A DNA stretch of 64,000 bases, taken from assembly GCA_003971905.1 (NCBI GenBank), contig RSEE01000093.1:124001-188000 (forward strand). Reading direction: 5' to 3'. Each line of letters opens with the position of its first letter. Position 1 is the stretch's first letter. The notes beneath the pieces were generated by a model. That model did no database searches. It was not told the origin of the DNA and was given only the letters and a program-made list of their open reading frames with translations. The stretch comes from Moniliella sp. 'wahieum'. Taxonomy: Eukaryota. A program made the translations under genes and the position numbers. Of the stretch, positions 39,996-53,279 are shown in pieces.

Positions 39996-41037
39996 CATCT
40001 CATTGCATGTGCGTGGCGGGGTACCTGTGGGGTGCCTGTATTAATGTGCGCGTGATGTAGGGATCAGGCATTCCTACTGGTTGTGATAGTGGATACTACG
40101 CGCCGCAGATATGGCATGCCAGGGCATGCCAGACGGCAGCTGCGACATGTGAGCTGTGGCAGGCTGTGGCTTCTGTATGGTCTCTAGAGTAATTAGTAGT
40201 TGGTAACGGTAAGAGCACGGGCACAAAACACATGTGGTTGTGACCTGGTGCCAGATCCTTAACAGGGAATGCGGGTACTCACCATACATCACAGGCTGCA
40301 GTTCGAGGGCTGCTAGACAGCTTGGTTCAAGCCTGAGAGCTGAGCCTCAGGCCTCAAGGTGCTGTTTGGGTTGTGGAGAGGTTAGAGTGCTGCTGAGCTG
40401 AATACGCATGCCCCGCGATACCATCCGAAATTGTGGCGGCTATAGTGCTGTAGCGTGTGCCAATCCAGCCGATTGAGCTCTCGACCGCGGTGCGGTGACC
40501 ATCGACTGTCAAAATCCCAGTGAGGCGTAAAGCTTCGCTCCCCCATGTCGGTTTGGTGACTGGTGAGAAGACGTGATCTGATCGGCTCCCCACAACATAC
40601 CAGCACCGACATAGCTCTGCCCCAAAGGAAGAATGCAAAAACTCTCGCGTCCGGGCCTTCCACAGCACCAACGCTATGGGCAGAAGAGGGGAGAATATAT
40701 GTGACCTGCGAGTCATTTCAAATTTCATTGGGATCAGATTCCTCAAGCGGGCACTGAGGCCCTCTTCGCCGGTAAGGCGCCGAAATGACAAACACCCGTT
40801 TTGTCGCGACGATCATCGATCAGCAGTATTCGTTACTCTTCCCGCAGCCACTCGCAACAGCATAGCGACTGGACTTCCAAACTCCTCCCCGGAACCCCCC
40901 CTATCGTCTTTTTTTCTTCTCGGTGCTTTCACTCTCAATACCACCACCACGCTACCACTACACCGAAAACGAGCCCCCGCTCTATCGAGGCGCCTTTTCT
41001 CTAGTTTCCACCGTGCTCCGCGCTCATTCTAAGCGTA

Positions 41038-44000
41038 ATGTCCCTCTTATTGCCCTTGGAAGCACCCTCAACAGCCACAGCATCCACAACATCCCTTCCA
41101 GCGTCTGGCCTCGCACCTGTACCAGCACACAGCCCCCGCCACGTTAGCAGCGCCCATCCTGCTCTAAGCCAGCAAGATCATCATCATGTGCATGCAGAGA
41201 GTTTAGGCTCAGCAGGCCAGTACGTTGTTCTTCCTACCCCCTTTTCTCGGTCTTGTCACTAGGCCGATCCTAGACGATGTGTTTCCGCTTATGCCCTTTT
41301 ACTCACCATCTTGCTATCTTTCAGATGGAGTTCGTCCAGCTCGACTCATCACTCGTCACAGGCTTCTAAGCGGTCAACTAATGGAACTAGTATGCTGTCA
41401 GATCGTAAGAGCTCCATCAACAATAAAACATCCCCACTTCGAGCCCCAAAGGAGCTCTCGAACAACAGCCGGGCTCTCGACTCTTCATCCAACCCTCCGT
41501 TTTTACCCTCTCTCCCACTGTCGCCGCCCGCTAACAACCACCGCCAACAGCAGTCCTCATCTCTCTCGGTCCCGGCATCCGACCCGACACCAGAGAATCG
41601 GCAGCCCGCTCGTCCTCGTTCTCGTTTCGGGCGGTTATCTTCGTTGCTCCCTCGTCATCCATCCTCCTCCGCGGAGCAGTACCAAGGGAGAGCTCCGCGC
41701 TCTTCAACCGATTTTTCTGCCCAGCCCGTCTGAGCACCCAGCAAATACGTCGAGCGACGACATGAACCTGTTAGGTCGGGTTCCGCCCCGCTTCCCTCAA
41801 TCTTTCATGTCCCCCGCTTCAACCCCTATGGCCTCCCCTGACGAAATTGGTGGCCGCTCGTTTTCTCCTTTTCCTGGACCTGATCGGAAGGCGCAGCGTA
41901 GTCGAAATGGTTCGTTTTCAACCATTCACCTTCAGCGTCCACTCCTTGCCAATGAACATGGCTTCTTGGTACAGCCTCCCGGCATGTCACCACCTGCCAG
42001 CACCCTTGCTCATTCCGGTCCATCCCACAAGACGGCACCTTTCCCCAAAACGCCAAAGTCCGGTGCTTTTTTCATTCCTCCGGCACCTGCCAATGCTCGC
42101 ACGAGCTCCGACCTTCATCCGGCTATTACTCATCCGGCTGAAGCCCATCACCAGGCTGGTGCATACTACGCCACCCCAACCGCCACCAGAACCACTAACC
42201 AGGCACGCGTCCCCGTCTCCAACAATCCCCGCCGCGTCTTTTCAGATCCACCTGTCACTCGCATCCCTCCCCTTAGACAAACTCCCACGCTGTTTACGGA
42301 TGTCGAAGGGCATGAGCGGCAGGACAAGCGACTTCGGACCTTGTCTCGGGCGAGCATACGCTCAGTGACGGACATGATCATTCGTCCATCGTCCCGGCTC
42401 TTGTCAAAGCGACCGCCCCGGCCGGCCAGCCCAGTTCCTCACCAGCTACCTGTCTTCGACGCCAGTGCCTATGGTACCAACACTCACCCTTCCCGTCAAG
42501 CCAACGAGAGGCGGGCTGGGCAATGCCCCGCATGAGTAATGCGTTTACTGAGACTCCCGATGCGGGAGGTTCCTTTTCGCAACACAATCGAACCGGCTCT
42601 TCCCGTCCGAGCTTCTCCTTGGCGCTCGTCGAGGGGTAACCAGCCCACTTCCTGAAATGGCCGACTTGCCTCCTCTTGCACCTATCCCCCGCACCTCACG
42701 GTTGCATGCGGATGAGCCGAATACAGAGGTGCCTGCCAGTGGGCCTGGCTGGATCCGTCGTCGCCATCACTCTGCTACGGGCATTTGAATCGGTTTCTTT
42801 TGGTCACGGATCGACCTCTTCCCATGGCCCCTTCTATATGAAGGAAGCAGATTATGCGGCCTCGACACCCTTCGCGGAAGGTATCGATGAAGACGGTGTC
42901 AGGGCCGCACACAACCCTCGGCCCAGTTTGTCGACCATGGCCTCCGCCCAGCCGAGCAACAAGATGGCGTCGTCCAGCAACCCAAGGCACAATCGTTCAA
43001 GGAGGCGGCGCAGTTGGGGCATTTCATCGTCCTTTGATATCAGGAGTTCCTCTCCCGCCACAGGTTCCAAAGGGTTACGCAAAGACGGGCTCGTGATCTC
43101 GTCTCCCTTGGTTTCGCAGGCTCCTGTAACTTCGTTCGACCCATCCGTGGTCTGCGCCGGTGTCCCCCCCGCTCATCGTCCCACCCAGGATATGGGCATG
43201 GTTGGGCCTTATGTTAAGCATCCCGAGTCTCGCCAAGCTCCATTTTCTCATCTGAACGGATCCAGGACATCCTTCGTTTCGCCCAGTCTTCATGAAGCGC
43301 CAAGTTTCAGCAGGGACAAAGTGGCGATGATCCCCCCTCGACCCTCCTTTTCCCAGTCGGTTCATCGAAACACCTACTCGCCCTATTGCGACCGAGTCAG
43401 CTCTTGGTACGGAAGAAGGTGCCAGACGTGGGGTTGTACACGGACGTTTCACCGGAGTCACCTCAAGTACCCCTCAGTGCCATGCCGGTCAGTCCAAAGA
43501 GGCCCTTGGACAGCTCCGTAAGGCATGTCCAGTCCAGAGACACTTTCCACATTACCGACGACAAGGAATTTTTGTCGGCCCTTGAGAGGCCCACACCGAT
43601 CCCAAGCAGCATACTGCCACTTCGTCACTGTCCAGTGCTTTGCCGGACTTTGAAGCCCCGTCTGTGCGGAGGCGGGCATCCGAAGACCATCCTTCATCCG
43701 TCCAAGCACCTTTCTCATTTGGTGTCCATGAGGAACTGAGTGGAGAGTCCCCTTCGCTCAGACGGTCGAGGAGCTGCGACGGATCCTTGGGGGGCGAGTT
43801 CCATTCCGACACGTACCCCCCTACTGTTTCGGGTTCGCCTCCTTTGTCTCAAGAGACCGAGAACGAACGCGATGTGGCGAGCAGGCCATCTTCCTGTACT
43901 CCGTGGGGTACTCCCAGTCGAAAACTGTTGCACGTACTTCGGATGCTAAAGGACAAGTAGCGGCAGCCGCCATCAACGACGATGGATGGAAGAAGGAAGT

Positions 44001-45169
44001 AAAATCATTATTGGTACGCTATTGGCCCCATTCCTCTCTTGTTGCAATGTCCTGCCGATTGATTCTAACTGTGTCTTCTGATCCAGTGATCCGTGAACTG
44101 ATCCAAACCGAGCGAAGCTACTGCGGAAATTTGGAGGCTCTTTTGGCCGCGGTCAATCGGGCGGAAGAGTTCGGACATGTGCCTGGGTAGAAACTAGCCG
44201 CAATGACTCGTACAACAGGACCCCGGCCACCGAACTGCCTCCTGCACCCCAATATGCTTCCAGCTTGGCGTTGCGGCTACCTCAGCTCATTGCATGAGCA
44301 AGACCTCGTTTCGCAAGTAGAGGACAATCACTCCTGTGGGGTGGTAGGAGCGTCGTTCCGTGCTTGGCAGAAGCTGGAAGCTGGTTGTTGGATGGAGCTA
44401 TGCCATCAATGACATTATGACGGGTTTGGGCCACCGAGGCTGGCTCGCGCGGCAAGAGCTGGGGTAGGATCGGCTTGGTGTACGTTGCGTCGATGGATTC
44501 GGATGCCGCCTCGTTGAGGCGGGACAAGGTGCAGGAACCCTCGACGTCCCGTGCAAGCGGGATGGTCTTACCTTCCTTGCCCTCTTCCAGTCTGGGTCTG
44601 TTGGATCTTCCATCTTTCTTCAACCGTACTTTAACCCCGGGTCCTGGCATGTCCGTTTCATCTGCCCTTGGCAGGGAGGATGATCAGCTTCCACGGGGGG
44701 CTGGATACAATCAGGGTGTTCTGGCTCTCGCGCCTCCTCCACTCTCGGCTTCTACCCTCCTCCCACTCGACGGGGGCTGTTAGGTACGGCAGGGCGGCGG
44801 ACGAGCGAGCTCTCATCGAAACTATCGGGCCGTGGGCCCGCATACGGCGCCAACGACCAAGAAGAGTGTGAGCCTCTTTCGGCCCACTGCCCACCCTCCC
44901 GTTCGCAGTTTGTTCCTCGCATGGACTCTCCCATCGAGCGGTTGCCGCCAACGTTTCCGTCTGGCTCGGCCCCCAAAGCGTTAAGCCCGCTGGACATTGC
45001 GACCATGCCAGCCCAACGCTTGCCCCGCTACGTCCTCCTTCTCCGAGACCTGCAGCGCAACACATCCCCCAGCAGTCTCTCCTACCTGCGTCTTCAAAAA
45101 GCGTTGTTCATTTGCCGCCACGTGGCTGACATGTGCGACAGGGTATCGCATACTACTTCCACTGCCTGA
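41038..45169 (+). CDS. Large Ser/Pro-rich protein with C-terminal Dbl-homology (RhoGEF) domain
   Basis: In-phase intron 41220-41324. After intron ~44014-44087 comes VIRELIQTERSY..LEAL (DH CR1). LSPLDIATMPAQRLPRYVLLLRDLQRNT (DH CR3) is followed by a stop at 45169. Confidence 0.85.
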
Positions 45170-46168
45170 GTCTCAACCTTTTTCTCCTGAGGCTGTTGAC
45201 TTTCCCTTTTTTGTCCTTACTTCTCTCCCATTGATTCAAGCTCTCCTCTCCCATGCTCTACTTAGAGCTCACATTTGGGTCCAAAACCAAAGACCATTTA
45301 AATAGTTGAAGTAGGATAGATCAGGGACTCGGAAGCTCACGAAAGGGACTTGATCGGCGACTATACTTGCATCTGACAGAGCGATGGGAACATGCTCCGG
45401 TTGGACACAACGGTGCGCATGAATTTGTTCAACGTTCAGACAAGCCACTGAGCGGAGTCTGGACGTAGCCTAACCCACAGGTAAGGCGTAAGAGAGAGAT
45501 CATCGATCAGGGCGAGTATAGGCTCGCTTGGGCTCGGCCACCCGCCGTCGCCGGCAGCGCACAGCGAGGGTCCAGACCTTTCCAAACCTCGGCTGCTGCT
45601 TACGCCAGCACTGCAAAGGGGGGAGACGCACAATGCAAACGACGGTGGAGCGAGTTTGGTTGGCGTATTGCATGTGCTGCTATTTGCGACCAGAATCGAG
45701 GAGCTGGATCAGTACATTACCAAAGTGCGTTGGATCTTGCAGCAGGACCAAATTGACTGGGGAAAAACTGGCCAGGTGTGTGCAAGCGCCTCGCCAGTCG
45801 CCACCTGCGGCCTACATGATGTGTCTGTGACATGCTACAATCACGCGTCACACAGGGTGATTGGATCGATGATATGGATTTGTGGGAAGGATCCGGCCGA
45901 GGACACTGCCGCTGGGCAGTGCTGGGAGCTAGGCATGTGCAGCCGTGTGCCGCTGCTCCTTCGGCATCCGCGGAGGATCGATGCCTGACGATCGATGATT
46001 CCAGGGATGCATGATGGGTGCGGTGGGCAGCTGCTGCGGCATGCGGCCGTGCGATCATCGATCAGCGATGGATGCAATTGTGCAGATCGTTAGGACGTTG
46101 GGGGGCCAGGGGACTGGGGCACTAGGATATAGGACTGGGCTGGCAAGCGCAGGCACGCGCTGGTGTGG

Positions 46169-46208
46169 ATGATGCATGATGCATGATGCATGATGCATGA
46201 TGCATGAT
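46169..46208. repeat. (TGATGCA)x5 heptamer repeat
   Basis: Read directly; member of the TNA-palindrome class. Confidence 0.95.
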
Positions 46209-46826
46209 GTGCAGATGGATCGACTTGGGTGGGCGGAGCCAGACAGGGGCAGTGCGGGTGCTTACGTGACGCGGGGGTGCGCTCTGAAGCTGAAGAGCAG
46301 CTACGAAGCGCGGGGGCTGCGCATGTGGGCCGGCGTGCGCAGACAGCACGGGCGCTGGCGGGGGTGGTGTGGCGCCGCCTGGCTCTAATAGGTACTCTCT
46401 CAGATCTCACGTGTACATGCATCGCTGCATCCGGTGGTCTGCGCCCTGCCATACATAAGCTGCGTCCGCGCAGCCGCCTCGACAGCATCCGGCCGTGTCA
46501 TCATGCATGCACACACCAGGCCGAGCCAAACGCTACCACGCGCCGAGGACGCAGAATCAGATCCCAGAGACTATAGTTGACCAACTCACTCCTCGCGGGC
46601 ACCGCTTATTAACCTGGGCAGCAGCGCCTAGTCGCATCTGACATCTGACAACCGAGACGCCTCACGCGCTTCTACTTGCATCGGCCGCGAGCGTTACCCG
46701 TCCCCAGCCACTCCTCTTCAACCTTCAGCTTCATTGCCCTCCTCCCCCCCCCCCCCCCCTCCTATCCACCTACTTGTGCCTACTTGTGCCCCTGTTTCGT
46801 TCCACCCGCGCCACCACGGACCAAGC

Positions 46827-47757
46827 ATGGCCGGCTCGTTGCCCTGCTACCCTCCCAATCCGCTCGCCTCGCAGCAGCCCACCGCCCCCCCCACAGTGTC
46901 CACCCGCCGCCCTCGGCGCTCCGCAATCAGTATGCCTACCCCAACAGCACGGCGCCCAGGGCGAGGGCGAGTACGACGAGCCCACTGATGAGAGCGCCGC
47001 CGTTACTGCCCACCTGGAGAACTGGGCCGAGGCAGAGCACAAGCGTCGCAAATCTGTCCGCCAGGCCCGCCGCGCTGAGGCCATCGAGGACGTTACCCAC
47101 TTTGGACCCATGCGGCGCATGTCCAGTCGCCGCCGTAAGGAGGAACCCCGTACCGTTGAACTTCAACAGCCAGGTGGGCCGAGTGATACCTCTTCCAACA
47201 CACATGCCGCTCCTCCAGGTCCGCCTTTGGCTCCTGAACAAGAAGCTCTACCTACTGCATATCCTATGAATCCCCGTTGGAACGGGGGGGCGGCGGCTTC
47301 GACCCTTCCCCCTTCCCCCTTAAGTGGCCGTCCCGAGGCCTTCACGCCCCCTCCTCCCCCTAGCTCTACGGCGGGAAGCGTGCGAATGGGTCGGCATCGC
47401 GAGATGGACATGACGCGCAGGGCGCTACGCAACCGCCCTGGCTCCAACCTTGGTCCCAATGGCGGCTCCCCGGTCCCGACCGAGGGATACAAGGCCCAGC
47501 CGACGGCCAAGCGTCCGATCGTCACTGCTGGTCCTGCGCCCGTACGGGCCATGTGGGCCAAGGAGGCGGCCATGTCACCTTCCAACGAGTCCGAGCTCAC
47601 TCCTCTCGAGGAGACGCACAAGGAAGAAAACACGGAAGAGGCTGCCCAAGATGGCAAGCGCAAGAAGCGCGGCTTTTGGCTCACCGACCTGCTCTGCTGC
47701 AATTTTGGCTCGGCTCCGGACGATGAGCAGGCGGCCAAGACAAATCCCAACGAGTAG
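46827..47757 (+). CDS. Hypothetical protein with C-terminal di-cysteine motif (possible palmitoylated membrane protein)
   Basis: Long natural-looking frame HLENWAEAEHKRRKSVR...KRKKRGFWLTDLLCCNFGSAPDDEQAAKTNPNE*. Confidence 0.7.
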
Positions 47758-49585
47758 CGAACCAGCAGATGCAAAGTACCTTCGGATGAGTAGGGCTTGC
47801 TACAACCACACCCTCAATCTCAACCTCCTTATTCGTTCCTTCGTCTCTGCCCCTCTGCTCTCTCGTACTGGCCTCGTTTCACCTTACGTATCTCCCCTCC
47901 ACCTCATCTATCTTTTTCTCAACCTTAAGCCCACCGCCTTCCTCATCCACGCCCACCCTGCCTTTCTCCTCTTACCCTGCCTTTTCAGGCCTTCTACTCA
48001 AATTGTAGGGGGACAACTAGCCATACACGGTCGGCCTACTTTGCCCCCCCCCCCCAAGGACATTTTTTGCGTTGATGCTGGTCAATGCCACCTCTTCTTG
48101 CTTTGTACCATATCGGGTCTGTTTTCTGCTGTGCCATCGTTCGCGTCATCTCTTGGGCACCCATTTCAGTCTTCGCCATAGAGTAGCAGCAGTGGGGCTG
48201 GCGCCTTCAACATTATCGAGCGCTTTCCTTTTTTTGAGCGCGTGTGGCCACGACGGGCGCATCCGAACCGGGGTTGGTCTAGCATCCCGAAAGCTACTGG
48301 CTACTCTCCTCGCGAACGCAAGTTGACCTAAGAAGGGGGAGATGCAGTACATGCAGAATGAATTGAATGACAAAGAGGATGGATAAAGTGTGCACCAAGG
48401 TATTGCGCCCTCGCTCATTGACGCCAAGCACAAAGGCTGGACAAGCTCGCGGACCGCACCCAAACCACCGGCATCGTCCCAAGACTCTTGGGTCTCTGGC
48501 CAGCATGACGACCGGCAACAGTCATGGATGAGCGCAGACGCCCGAAAGCGAAAGGCCGATATGATGAAGCGGTGCTTTTTGGAAGGCCAGGTTCCGCGTC
48601 CTTGGACGCTAAGCGTTAAGAAGAAAAGAACCCCGCCGCCACCCCGCTGGCCCCCTTTTATAGTCGACCGGCCGATTTCCTTCCTTGCTTCTTTTCAAGT
48701 TTCAGTGTCAAATTTCAAAGTACAGGGAAATGTGGCGGCATCGACCAACATTTAATTCCGCTCACGGGGTCTGAGATCTGACGGATGAGTCACCGGCCAG
48801 GTGAGGCACCATTTCCGCCCCCCTATATGCTTTTGCACCGAACCAATCTAACGCGTTGGATCTAGGACCGCTGACTTGCTCAGTACACTCATTCTGAGCG
48901 GCTCAGGGGCGGGACTGGTGGCGGCCGCTCGTGGTGCGACGGAGTGGCATGCACAGTCTCCCTCTCCCAACCGATCGCAGCCAATAGTAGTCTCGTGAGT
49001 TGGTCGTGTGACGACCAGGTTGATGCAGTAGATGATGATCGAGGGGATGATGACGCCGAGGCGGTGGCCTTGTTAGCGATTATCGATCGAATCCTTCAAG
49101 CTTCAAGCTTCAGTGCTTCAGCTGCAGCGGCCCAACAGCAGAGAGGTCCCAAGCCAAAGTCCAGCAGGCACCTCACGCTCCGAGCTGCTCGAGCGAGCTC
49201 CCGAGCTCTTGTGGCATGTGGTACCAGCCAACGTTCAAGTTGGACGTCGCGTTCAACTGAACTTTCGTCCGCGCCAGCCTCCCCACGTCAATTAATTACA
49301 CAGGCGGCTATAAAACACAACACATCGGTGACGGGATGGGTGACTGGCGGTGGCGATGCATGACCGGGTCGCGTGCAATGTGCTGTCCGAAGCGCTAAGC
49401 TAGCGCTAAGCGCCCATCACTGCATCACGCTGCACAGTAGAGCACACCCGAACACACTCGGCCGCCCCACCATCACCCCCATCACCCCTCGCCTTGTTGG
49501 CCATGCCCGGCGACGCCGCCATGCTTCCGCATGCTCCGCACACGCCCGACACACGCGCTGCTGCCGCTGCCAGGTGCCTCCGCCA

Positions 49586-52500
49586 TGAGCCCCAGCCCCA
49601 GCCCCAGCCCCAACCCCAACCCCACCCCAGCGAGCCTCCGCCAGCCACCCTCCTGTACCCCACCCTCGAGACTTTTTTACGCTTCCCTTTGCCCTCCATC
49701 TTTGCCCGCCCCCGACGCTCTCCTATCGCATTGACCGTCGTCCACGCCGTGCGACGGCTCCCCGCATGCCCTCCTTTCCCTCCTCCGCCATCCCTGCCTC
49801 CCAACCCCATCGCCGTCTTCAAGCACTCCGTCCGAAGGCACACCCAACGCGCACGCACGATCACCAGGACCAGTACACCAGCGTCTTTCCTCAGGATCTG
49901 AGGATGAGCCCGATGCTGCTGATCCGTCCTTAGCACTTCACTCTCGCACTCGTGCCCCCTTCCCCTCGGTCGAGCCTGGGGCCCCGCTGGAGCATCTTGG
50001 CCGGTTTGGTCTGAACATGCTCCCCATGGGCTTGACACTATCAGCCTCTTGCTTCAACATACAGATGCTTACCCGGCCATCTATGCGTTGGCAAGAGCTA
50101 TTCGACTGCTTGACCGAGCATCACGGTCGCATGGCCCATCAGCCACTGCTGCTTTAGAGACAATGGACCCAGCTGACGAAACCCCATGCCCACGATGCGT
50201 CTTTTGCCGCCCTACGAGCCTTTTTGACACCCGTTTGGACTCGGACGGGAACCTTATTACGCCTGCTCACCCGGGTGTTCAGACTTCTGGGACGGAGGCG
50301 GGGGGAGGAGGTGGACGTTGGGATATACCCCTCGTCGACGACGCGTCCCACGGATCCATCACAAAGCGCCCTTGGCCCCACCCCATTTGGCACTCAAGCA
50401 CATTTGTCCATGTGATTGAAGCAAAGGGTCGGCGCACAGCACAGTAATTCGTTTCCCCATCCGCCTTGATCTGCACAATGTCGGGTTAGCCCCCACCCCC
50501 GCTGCGGTGCGTGCTGCTCGCCAACGCCCAGGCCGGGATGCCCGCTCACCTCCTGGGAGAGGCAGGGGACGATACCAGCCCGGTGCCTGGGAAATCACTC
50601 CTACCGCTATGTCTGATTCAATACCGGAGGATGCTGTATGCTCGCCGTCGCAGCTGGATCTGCGACCACATCGGTCGCCCTTGCCGCCGCTGGCCACCTC
50701 GCCTGTTGCTCCTTTTGATTCGAATCCGCCAATCTCTCCCACGGACATGCGCGGATTATCCGGTATGCCTGCTTGGGGCCTGGCTCCTGACGCAACTCCT
50801 CAAGAGAGTGGCCTTGTCCGTGGATCTGCCCCCCTTTCCAGGGAGGTCGAGAAACCTGTTCGTCGCCAATCGTCTTTTACGACAATTGCCAGTGGTGGAA
50901 GTGGTGGCAGTGCGGGTCTGTTGCCCTCGGCCATGAACCCGACTTCGCCGCCGCCGGGGCTGGCACCAAGGAGCGTCGTCCCTCTTTCTTCCAGCGTGTG
51001 TTGGACATTGGATTGCGGCACAAGACACGTAGTTCAAGTTTTGTAACCGGCCGCCCCTCCCCGCTCGAGGGCTCCGTTCGTCGTCGCGGCTCGGTCCCAG
51101 TCCAAGTTCATGTCAATTCCGAGCCAGGCTTGGGCAGCCCATGGGAGAAGCCTAGTGCAGTCAACGATTTGGCAGGCTCGGTTCCTGATACGGCGTACAC
51201 CGATGTTTGGTCGGGTGGGGCGGCCGAGTGGGATGAAGCTGGGGCAAGTGTACTTTCCGATGCGACGGCGGCGGACGATGCGCCGTTTGCAGAAGGGGAT
51301 AACCTTCTTTCCCTCCTTCGCCAGGCAGCTGCCGCTGCTCATACGCTTCTCACGCCCACAACTCTAGGAGAGACACCCGCTACACCGGAAGAGGGGAGAG
51401 GAGATGATGCCGCACGGGACTTGCTGGCCAAGCTGGCAGACGACCGGTGGCTTGAAGGCCCTCTGGATCCAAATCCCGTTGTTGTTGCTGGGGCGTTGGG
51501 TCTGGGGTTGGGGGGGAGGGCGTGATGAACCTTTGCTATGGCCCTGGGAGCCGAGCCGACTTTATGGGTGACTTTGTCGCTCTGGGTCGGGCGGCCGCCA
51601 TCCATCGGGCTGTGGAGGAGGATCACGCGAAAATTATCGCCTGGGCCCGCACCTTGCCTGCGCCACCTCCGCTCGACGAAACGTATGCGCCTGCCCCGGA
51701 TATCTTGCCCGACCCTCCCCCTCCCGAGGATACCGATTGGGAGACCATGTCGATTGACGCGTTGTACCGTGACATTGACCGACTCGATCCCGAGACACGT
51801 ATGGCGACTCGCAAGGGCAATCCTGCTTCACACACGACAGCGGGAGGGGACGACGAAGGCCCTCGAAGCTGGCTCAAAAAGATTCGGGAACGCGTCCACA
51901 CGCACGACCCGGGGGGGACGAAACCTCTAGCACCTCATCCCATCCTACCGGAACAGAGGGCCAACCCGGCCTGACACGGTCTGTCTTGGAGGCTCATGAC
52001 GCTGCCTATGCCAAAGCGGAAGCTGTTGCTCAAGCTACTGAGCAAACGACACGCACTTGGAATGATTGGATGGGCCTCTTCCAATCTCTGGCTGGTTGGG
52101 TAGAGGAGTATGAACGGGTCCGGGTCCAAGCTGGTTTGGCTCCCGAGCTTCTTCCCAGCCGGGAGAACCTGACACCGAGTACCGAGACGCCCCTCGCCAG
52201 CCCCATTGCTGCCCTCCCCTCGGCGCCGGGCGGGGAAGGCATGGCGTCCTCCGTCCCGGCAGCTCCTGTTGTGGCGCCGGTTGAGTTGGATACCAACGTC
52301 TATCTTCCCCTCGGCATCCTCCATGACATCACTGATCCCTCCAATGCGTTCCGTCGACGACCTGGCATGCCAGATCATTCCGTTTGGGCACGGGATCAGT
52401 TGACTGCTAAACATATTTCCACTCCCCTCAGTACGTTCCAACCCTTCCCCCCACCCCCTTCTGCTCCCACATTCACCTGCTAACACGGGCGCTCACAGGC

Positions 52501-53223
52501 TTGCTTACCAAGAGCTTGGAGCACCAAACCATGCAACTCACGAGCGGCACCTGGACCGCTCGCTCTGGGTGGGAACTTGAATATTTAGACATGTGTGTCT
52601 TCCACAACCCTGTGGTCGCGCATCGGTTTCCTGGCCCACCAGCTGCCGCCGTTCGGGCCGGACAAGCATTTTGTCCTCCCGATGCACCTCCAGCGCCTAT
52701 CGTTCAGCCCACTCATGCCTCCAAAGCCCAGCATAGCACGCACCATCTCGTCTCGCCTCTCCACCTTGCCACCCATCCCCATTCCGCCGGTGGCACGTCC
52801 CACATGGCTGACGCAGGCAGTGAATCGGGCATCGCCGATGCACGTTCTTCCCTCGCTCGGACTGAGGATCGAAGTTCCTCGGCTGGGCCGAGTGGGGTGG
52901 ATGGGGATGGGGATGGGTCTGGGGACCCAGCTGACCTGGATGCGGATACCCCGCCGGACTCGGCGGCAGCTGCCAGGGCCCGGGCCAACCTATGTCCCAT
53001 GCCGACGCCTGAGGGTGTGTGGACTTCGCGCTCGTGGCGGGTCTGGCTGGCTGGTGTGCACGAGGGCCAGATTTTGGTCCCGGCGGTGGCGTGGCAAGCG
53101 TGGTGGACCCTGATCGCCATCTTGAATGGAGCGGATCGGTCCGGTCGGTCGTACGATTTACAGGTCAAGTCGTTGGAGGAACCGTTTGCGGCGTTGACTG
53201 ATCCTAACAGCGTATATATCTAA
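49586..53223 (+). CDS. Large hypothetical protein (no recognised domain)
   Basis: Chain of protein-like + frames: DAYPAIYALARAIRLL; GSRADFMGDFVALGRAAAIHRA; WMGLFQSLAGWVEEYERVRV; GWELEYLDMC; WQAWWTLIAILNGADRSGRSYDLQVK..VYI*. Start uncertain. Confidence 0.65.
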
Positions 53224-53237
53224 CTCGAGCATCTACG

Positions 53238-53279
53238 CGCTAAGCTCGAAGCGCTAAGCTCGAAGCACTAAGCTCGAAA
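53238..53279 (+). repeat. 14-bp tandem repeat (CTAAGCTCGAAGC.) x3
   Basis: Read directly, just after the stop at 53223; period is 2x7. Confidence 0.9.

Noticed and set aside
53238..53279. CRISPR-like array (also 10516-10557 and 46169-46208)
   Set aside because: Head-to-tail short tandem repeats without unique spacers in eukaryotic DNA.
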